Assembly: GCA_046757925.1 (NCBI GenBank)
Contig: JBHHZE010000006.1
Coordinates: 12,489 to 76,488 of the forward strand
From: Gemmatimonadales bacterium
Lineage (GTDB): Bacteria > Gemmatimonadota > Gemmatimonadetes > Gemmatimonadales > GWC2-71-9
DNA: 64,000 nt
Direction of reading: 5' to 3'
Part shown: positions 59,612 to 64,000 of the stretch, piece by piece
How positions within the stretch are numbered: position 1 is the stretch's first letter
How the letters are laid out: every line of letters begins with the position of its first letter
Made by a program: the position numbers and the translations under genes
Notes under the pieces: model-generated
What the model was told of the DNA's origin: nothing
Database searches by the model: none
Seen by the model: only the letters and a program-made list of their open reading frames with translations

Positions 59612-60046
59612 ATGCAGACACTAGCTATCATAAAACCCGACGCGGTATCCGCCGGGAACACGGGGAGAATCCTGGCCCACCTGGAGAACGCGGGCTTCAC
59701 CCTCCGCGCGGCGAAGCTGGTTCGCCTGGAGCGATCCCAGGCCGAAGCTTTCTATGCCGTTCACCGGGAACGGCCCTTTTACGGCTCCCTCGTCACCTTC
59801 ATGACCTCCGGCCCGTGCATGCCGCTGGTGCTGGAGCACGAGAGCGCGGTTGTCCATCTGCGAACCGTCATCGGGGCAACCGATCCCGCCGAGGCTGCCG
59901 AAGGAACCGTGCGCCGGCTGTATGCGGAGTCGAAGGAGCGGAACGCCATACACGCCTCGGACTCGCCCGAGAACGCTGAGCACGAGATCGAATTCTTCTT
60001 TGCCGAGGGAGACCTTAGAGGCCTCTGGGGTTCCGACACTCGTTGA
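59612..60046 (+). CDS. ndk: nucleoside-diphosphate kinase
   Basis: TLAIIKPDAV, FY......PF, GPCMPLVLE, and the catalytic-His motif NAIHASDS. Confidence 0.95.
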   Translation: MQTLAIIKPDAVSAGNTGRILAHLENAGFTLRAAKLVRLERSQAEAFYAVHRERPFYGSLVTFMTSGPCMPLVLEHESAVVHLRTVIGATDPAEAAEGTVRRLYAESKERNAIHASDSPENAEHEIEFFFAEGDLRGLWGSDTR

Positions 60047-60079
60047 CGCAAGTGCCTGTCGGAGTTAAATATACCGGCT

Positions 60080-60598
60080 ATGTTGCAGATTGATCTGGGG
60101 GCTCTCAGGAATGGGCCCGTCGACATGGAGCAGGCCGTGCCGACCGACGATCCCTGCTTTTCGGATCTGGATGTTCAATTAGCTGAACCGGTGCGGTTGA
60201 GCGGCAGGCTGATGGAGGCGGGCAGCGGGTGTTTCTTCTGGCACGGTAGCTTGCACACTCAGGTGATGGGATTCTGTCGTCGCTGTCTGGAGCCGGTAGA
60301 GGTCGTGGTCGATCAGCAACTCGACGTGCTGTTTACTGAAGATCAGGATGCTGACGACCCTTCGGCATATGTGATCCCGCACCGTGCGGCCGAGCTGGAT
60401 CCGGGGGAGGCCGTGCGGGAAGAGCTGATCCTGGCAGTGCCGGACTACGTACTGTGCGACCCGGAGTGCCGCGGGCTGTGTCCGGATTGCGGCACGAACT
60501 TCAACGAAAGTTCATGTAACTGTGAGAACAATGAATCTGATCCGCGCTGGGCGGTGCTGGAGGCGCTCAAGTTGGGTCAGCCACACGAGAGGACCTAA
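60080..60598 (+). CDS. yceD: DUF177 (YceD-like) protein
   Basis: CRRCLEPV...(acidic stretch)...CDPECRGLCPDCG.N.N...C.C, plus the conserved position immediately upstream of rpmF. Confidence 0.85.
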   Translation: MLQIDLGALRNGPVDMEQAVPTDDPCFSDLDVQLAEPVRLSGRLMEAGSGCFFWHGSLHTQVMGFCRRCLEPVEVVVDQQLDVLFTEDQDADDPSAYVIPHRAAELDPGEAVREELILAVPDYVLCDPECRGLCPDCGTNFNESSCNCENNESDPRWAVLEALKLGQPHERT

Positions 60599-60781
60599 AT
60601 GGCGGTACCCAAGCGAAGGACATCGAAAAGTCGCAAGCTCAAGCGCAGGAATCACGATCGGGCCGCGGCCGTTGCAGTGCAGCCGTGTGAGCGATGTGGT
60701 GACCCACGGCGCCCGCACCGAGTTTGCCCCACTTGTGGCTACTACGGCGGTGAGAAGCGTATCGAGATAGAGGAAGTTTGA
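60599..60781 (+). CDS. rpmF: 50S ribosomal protein L32
   Basis: MAVPKRRTSKSRKLKRR.H and C..CG.....H.VC..CGYY; 60 aa. Confidence 0.95.
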   Translation: MAVPKRRTSKSRKLKRRNHDRAAAVAVQPCERCGDPRRPHRVCPTCGYYGGEKRIEIEEV

Positions 60782-60832
60782 CGTGACCCGGATCGTGCCC
60801 GACACGATGCGGGGAGACTGCGCGGCAGCTGC

Positions 60833-61822
60833 GTGAAGCGCCCCATAGTAGAACTCGTCAGTACCGGCCGGTATGCGCCCAAGAAAATCCTGACCAATGC
60901 CGATTTCGAGAAGATGCTGGACACCTCGGATGAGTGGATCCGTGAGCGGACGGGAATTGCGGAACGGCACATAGCGGACGATGATGAAACTGTTGCCTAC
61001 ATGTCCGACGTGGCGTGCCGTCAAGTGCTCGACCAAGTCGGTCTCACTCCGCTCGATGTAGACGCCATAGTGATGGCGACGGCGACCGCCGACCGCCTCC
61101 TCCCGTCTAACGCATGTGACCTGCAGGCAGTGCTCGGCGCCAAGAACGCGGCCGCATTCGACGTGGGAGCGGCATGTAGCGGTTTTCTCTACGGCCTCAC
61201 CGTAGCCGAGGGACTCGTCGCCAGCGGCACCGCCAAGAACATTTTGGTGGTTGGTGGAGAACGATTGTCCAGGATAACGAACTACGAAGACCGCACCACG
61301 GCAATTCTGTTCGGTGACGGTGCGGGTGCCACGCTGGTCAGACCGGCATCCAATGGTACCAGAGGCATCCTCTCCAGCTACATCAAGTCCGATGGAACGT
61401 TGGCGGAACTGTTGTACCGACCGGGGGGCGGTGGTGTCCATCCGCCCGATCAACGTCTGATCGAGGAGCGTGGCTACTTCATTACCATGGCCGGTCGTGA
61501 GACCTTCAAGTCCGCAGTGTTGTCGATGTCGGATGCTTGCGACCAGGCCCTCACGCTGGCTGGCCTGACGGCGGATGACATTGACATACTGATTCCGCAT
61601 CAGGCTAACATCCGCATCATCAACGCGACGGCAAAGCACGCCGGCATTCCCAAGGACAAGTTGTACGTCAACATCGATCGGTACGGCAATACGTCAGCCG
61701 CATCGATCCCCCTGGCTCTCGACGAATGCGTTCGGTCGGGGGTGATCACGGCGGGCACGACTGTCTTGCTCGTTGCGTTCGGCGGGGGATTCACCTGGGC
61801 GAGTGTGGTACTGCGGTGGTGA
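60833..61822 (+). CDS. fabH: 3-oxoacyl-ACP synthase III
   Basis: TSDEWI.ERTGI, active-site AACSGF, HQAN and GNTSAASIPLAL. GTG start. Confidence 0.93.
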   Translation: MKRPIVELVSTGRYAPKKILTNADFEKMLDTSDEWIRERTGIAERHIADDDETVAYMSDVACRQVLDQVGLTPLDVDAIVMATATADRLLPSNACDLQAVLGAKNAAAFDVGAACSGFLYGLTVAEGLVASGTAKNILVVGGERLSRITNYEDRTTAILFGDGAGATLVRPASNGTRGILSSYIKSDGTLAELLYRPGGGGVHPPDQRLIEERGYFITMAGRETFKSAVLSMSDACDQALTLAGLTADDIDILIPHQANIRIINATAKHAGIPKDKLYVNIDRYGNTSAASIPLALDECVRSGVITAGTTVLLVAFGGGFTWASVVLRW

Positions 61823-62754
61823 GCACCGTTCTGCTCTGCCCCGGACAGGGTACACAGCATGTGGGAATGGGACGGGACTTGGCAGAGACTTTTCCCGCGG
61901 CACGCCGTGTCTTCGAGGAGGTCGATGAGGCGCTCGGGTTCAACCTCTCTGCGCTGATGTGGGAGGGGCCCGAAGACGAGCTGACACGGACTCACAACGC
62001 CCAGCCGGCTATCCTCACGCACACGATGGCGGTGTACGCGGTAATCGGCGACAGCATCTCTCCGCGCTTTGGCGCAGGACATTCGCTGGGGGAGTACAGT
62101 GCGTACGCCGCGGCCGGCACGCTGGGAGTTGCGGAGGCGGCGCAATTGGTGAGACGTCGTGGGGAACTCATGCTCGAGGCGGGCGAGGCGCGGCCGGGGA
62201 CCATGGCGGCGGTGATCGGGCTGGAAGCTGAACGGGTCCGGGAATTGTGCGAGCAATGCAGCAACGGCGAGCGCGTCGTCGTGCCGGCCAATATCAATAC
62301 GAACGATCAGACCGTGATTTCCGGCGATCCCCCTGCGGTGGTCGAGGCTGGAGAGCGGTGCAAAGACGCAGGGGCCAGGAAAGTACTTCCTCTAAAGGTG
62401 AGTGGTGCATTCCATTCGCCGCTCATGGAACCGGCCCGGCGTGGGCTGACTCGGGAGTTGACCTCGGTCGCACTGGCCGACCCTGCGTTCCCGGTGATCG
62501 CCAACGCGACCGCCACCCCTGTGGAAGACGCAATCACGGCCGCTGAGCTACTCGCCTCCCAGCTGACTTCGCCCGTCGAGTGGGTTTCATCCATGAAGTT
62601 GGCCGCAGAACACGCGGGTGGTGAAATGAATTTTGTCGAGGTGGGTCCGGGGAAGGTATTGTCAGGTCTAGTCAGACGAGCAGTCCGCGGCTGTCAGACC
62701 GTTGCGATAGGGAGCGCTCGAGACGTAGAGCAGTTTGTGGCGGGGGTGGCGTGA
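61819..62754 (+). CDS. fabD: malonyl CoA-ACP transacylase
   Basis: LCPGQGTQHVGMG, GHSLGEYSA and VSGAFHSPLM. GTG 61819 (or 61816) overlaps the fabH stop. Confidence 0.93.
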   Translation: MSTVLLCPGQGTQHVGMGRDLAETFPAARRVFEEVDEALGFNLSALMWEGPEDELTRTHNAQPAILTHTMAVYAVIGDSISPRFGAGHSLGEYSAYAAAGTLGVAEAAQLVRRRGELMLEAGEARPGTMAAVIGLEAERVRELCEQCSNGERVVVPANINTNDQTVISGDPPAVVEAGERCKDAGARKVLPLKVSGAFHSPLMEPARRGLTRELTSVALADPAFPVIANATATPVEDAITAAELLASQLTSPVEWVSSMKLAAEHAGGEMNFVEVGPGKVLSGLVRRAVRGCQTVAIGSARDVEQFVAGVA

Positions 62755-63494
62755 TCGACTTGACCGGCAAGACGGCTTTGGTCACCGGTGGCTCCCGGGG
62801 CATTGGCAAGGCAATCGCCACGAAGATGAGTGATCTCGGTGCACAGGTTGCGGTGGTCGCAAGGGATGGAGCTGTGGCGGAGGACGTTGCAAGAGAGCTG
62901 TCGACCGACGGCCGCAGGGCGCTCGGGCTGAGTGCCGACGTAAGTAGCCCGGAGCAGGTGAACCGGGCCGTCTCGGAGGTCGAAAGCCAACTCGCACGCA
63001 TCGACATTTTGGTGAACAACGCCGGACTGACGAGGGATGGCGTGCTGGTGAGAATGACCGAAGAAGCCTGGGACACCGTGCTCGACGTGAATCTCAAAGG
63101 GGCGTTCAACACCATCAAGGCGGTTGCGCGGGGGATGATGAAGCGGCGCTCCGGCCGCATCATCAACGTGACCAGTGTTGTTGGCCTGACGGGCAATCGA
63201 GGACAGGCGAACTACTCGGCTTCCAAGGCGGGCATGATCGGTCTTACCAAAGCTGCGGCGAAGGAACTCGCCAGCCGTAACATTCTTGTCAACGCGATTG
63301 CGCCGGGGTTCATTGATACGGACCTGACAAGGGGCCTGCCCGAGGCGGCACAAGCGGCGCTTCTCCAGCAGATTCCACTGGGCAGGCTCGGGTCCACTGA
63401 TAATGTGGCTGATGCCGTGGTATTTTTGGCTTCCGACCTTGCAAGCTACATTACGGGCCAGGTGCTCGTGGTGGATGGCGGCATGGTAATGTGA
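62751..63494 (+). CDS. fabG: 3-oxoacyl-ACP reductase
   Basis: ALVTGGSRGIGKAIA, NNAG, YSASKAG, and the C-terminus TGQVLVVDGGMVM. The start is a GTGA overlap. Confidence 0.94.
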   Translation: MIDLTGKTALVTGGSRGIGKAIATKMSDLGAQVAVVARDGAVAEDVARELSTDGRRALGLSADVSSPEQVNRAVSEVESQLARIDILVNNAGLTRDGVLVRMTEEAWDTVLDVNLKGAFNTIKAVARGMMKRRSGRIINVTSVVGLTGNRGQANYSASKAGMIGLTKAAAKELASRNILVNAIAPGFIDTDLTRGLPEAAQAALLQQIPLGRLGSTDNVADAVVFLASDLASYITGQVLVVDGGMVM

Positions 63495-63518
63495 TATCTC
63501 ACCAACGACGAGGAGAAA

Positions 63519-63758
63519 ATGAGCGATATTGATGAGAAAGTGAGAGACATCATAGTCGAGGAACTGGGTGTCGAGCGGGAAAAAGTGACGGACGAAGCTA
63601 ACTTCATGGATGACTTGGGTGCGGACAGCCTCGACTCCGTCGAGTTGGTCATGGCCTTCGAGAAGGAATTCGACGTCGATATTCCCGATGAAGATGCGGA
63701 AAAGCTTCGCACGGTGGGAGATGCGCTCAAGTATCTGCACGGGCGGATGGAGTCGTAG
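63519..63758 (+). CDS. acpP: acyl carrier protein
   Basis: 79 aa and acidic, with the phosphopantetheine site [12 protein letters not shown]. Confidence 0.96.
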   Translation: MSDIDEKVRDIIVEELGVEREKVTDEANFMDDLGADSLDSVELVMAFEKEFDVDIPDEDAEKLRTVGDALKYLHGRMES

Positions 63759-63763
63759 AGTCC

Positions 63764-64000
63764 TTGAAGCGCAGGGTAGTCGTCACCGGCTTCGGGGTAG
63801 TGTCCGCTCTGGGGAATTCCGCCAACGAAACCTGGGATGGGCTGATCGCCGGCCGTTCGGGCGCGGGTCCCATCGAGCGGTTCGATGCGTCGGAGATGGA
63901 CGTACGGTTCGCGTGCGAGTGCTGGCATTTCGATCCGCTCGAGCATATGGACCGCAAGGAAGCGAAGCGTGCGGACCGCTATGCTCAATATGCAATCGCC
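63764..64000 (+). CDS. fabF: 3-oxoacyl-ACP synthase II, N-terminal fragment (3' end outside window)
   Basis: Not in the ORF track because it runs off the window. My own translation from TTG 63764 gives LKRRVVVTGFGVVSALGNSANETWDGLIAGRSG...RKEAKRADRYAQYAIA, which matches the FabF N-terminus. Confidence 0.85.
   Translation, partial: MKRRVVVTGFGVVSALGNSANETWDGLIAGRSGAGPIERFDASEMDVRFACECWHFDPLEHMDRKEAKRADRYAQYAIA

Noticed and set aside
60512-61639. 375-aa minus-strand ORF antisense to rpmF and fabH
   Set aside because: The + strand genes carry catalytic motifs (AACSGF, HQAN). The antisense frame is a stop-poor shadow frame.
62694-63740. 348-aa minus-strand ORF antisense to fabG and acpP
   Set aside because: The reasoning is the same as for the other antisense ORFs: fabG and acpP are certain, and the antisense ORF has no motif and spans an intergenic gap.
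1-64000. Search for a mobile element, prophage, defence island or CRISPR-Cas anywhere in the window
   Set aside because: There are no integrase, transposase, recombinase, reverse-transcriptase, nuclease/helicase defence-type or Cas-like ORFs. There are no terminal inverted or direct repeats flanking any block, and no tRNA that could serve as an integration site. Gene content and packing look like core chromosome throughout.

Overview
GC-rich bacterial chromosomal segment that is almost gap-free. I count 65 protein-coding genes, two of them cut by the window edges. By eye I found no rRNA, tRNA, CRISPR array, transposase, integrase or phage gene. About 85% of the genes lie on the + strand in long co-directional arrays, and many neighbours share start/stop overlaps (GTGA, ATGA, TGATG). 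Most of the content is housekeeping: pyrC (3' fragment), rpsT, an M50 protease, scpA-scpB-rluB, mutL-miaA-bshA-uppP-birA-(membrane ORF)-coaX, a complete 14-gene nuoA-N operon, a phosphomannomutase/phosphoglucomutase, a UPF0182 protein, arcC-sucC-sucD-(EIIA-like/CBS)-ndk, and yceD-rpmF-fabH-fabD-fabG-acpP-fabF (5' fragment). The less ordinary parts are: (i) an approximately 9.3 kb array in which an unassignable 544-aa Rossmann protein is followed by a MoxR / DUF58 / vWA / TPR / BatD-like (Bat-type) operon with fused modules; (ii) a run of secreted or envelope proteins at 23.4-29.8 kb (DUF922-like, TPR + FG-GAP/VCBS + ASPIC/UnbV giant protein, DUF72, NTF2-like, two membrane ORFs); (iii) two minus-strand blocks, GNAT-like/M20/MBL and dcd/zinc-ribbon-TM/Yip1; (iv) a tightly coupled arcC-sucCD-EIIA-like/CBS-ndk phosphotransfer cluster. 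I found no convincing defence island, toxin-antitoxin pair or mobile element. The best candidates for undescribed biology are the Rossmann+MoxR/vWA array and the carbamate kinase/succinyl-CoA synthetase/CBS cluster, and both are gene-context inferences. All calls rest on reading the supplied translations for motifs and on inspecting junction sequences. No database search was run, and start codons are my best reading of junctions and Shine-Dalgarno-like purine runs.
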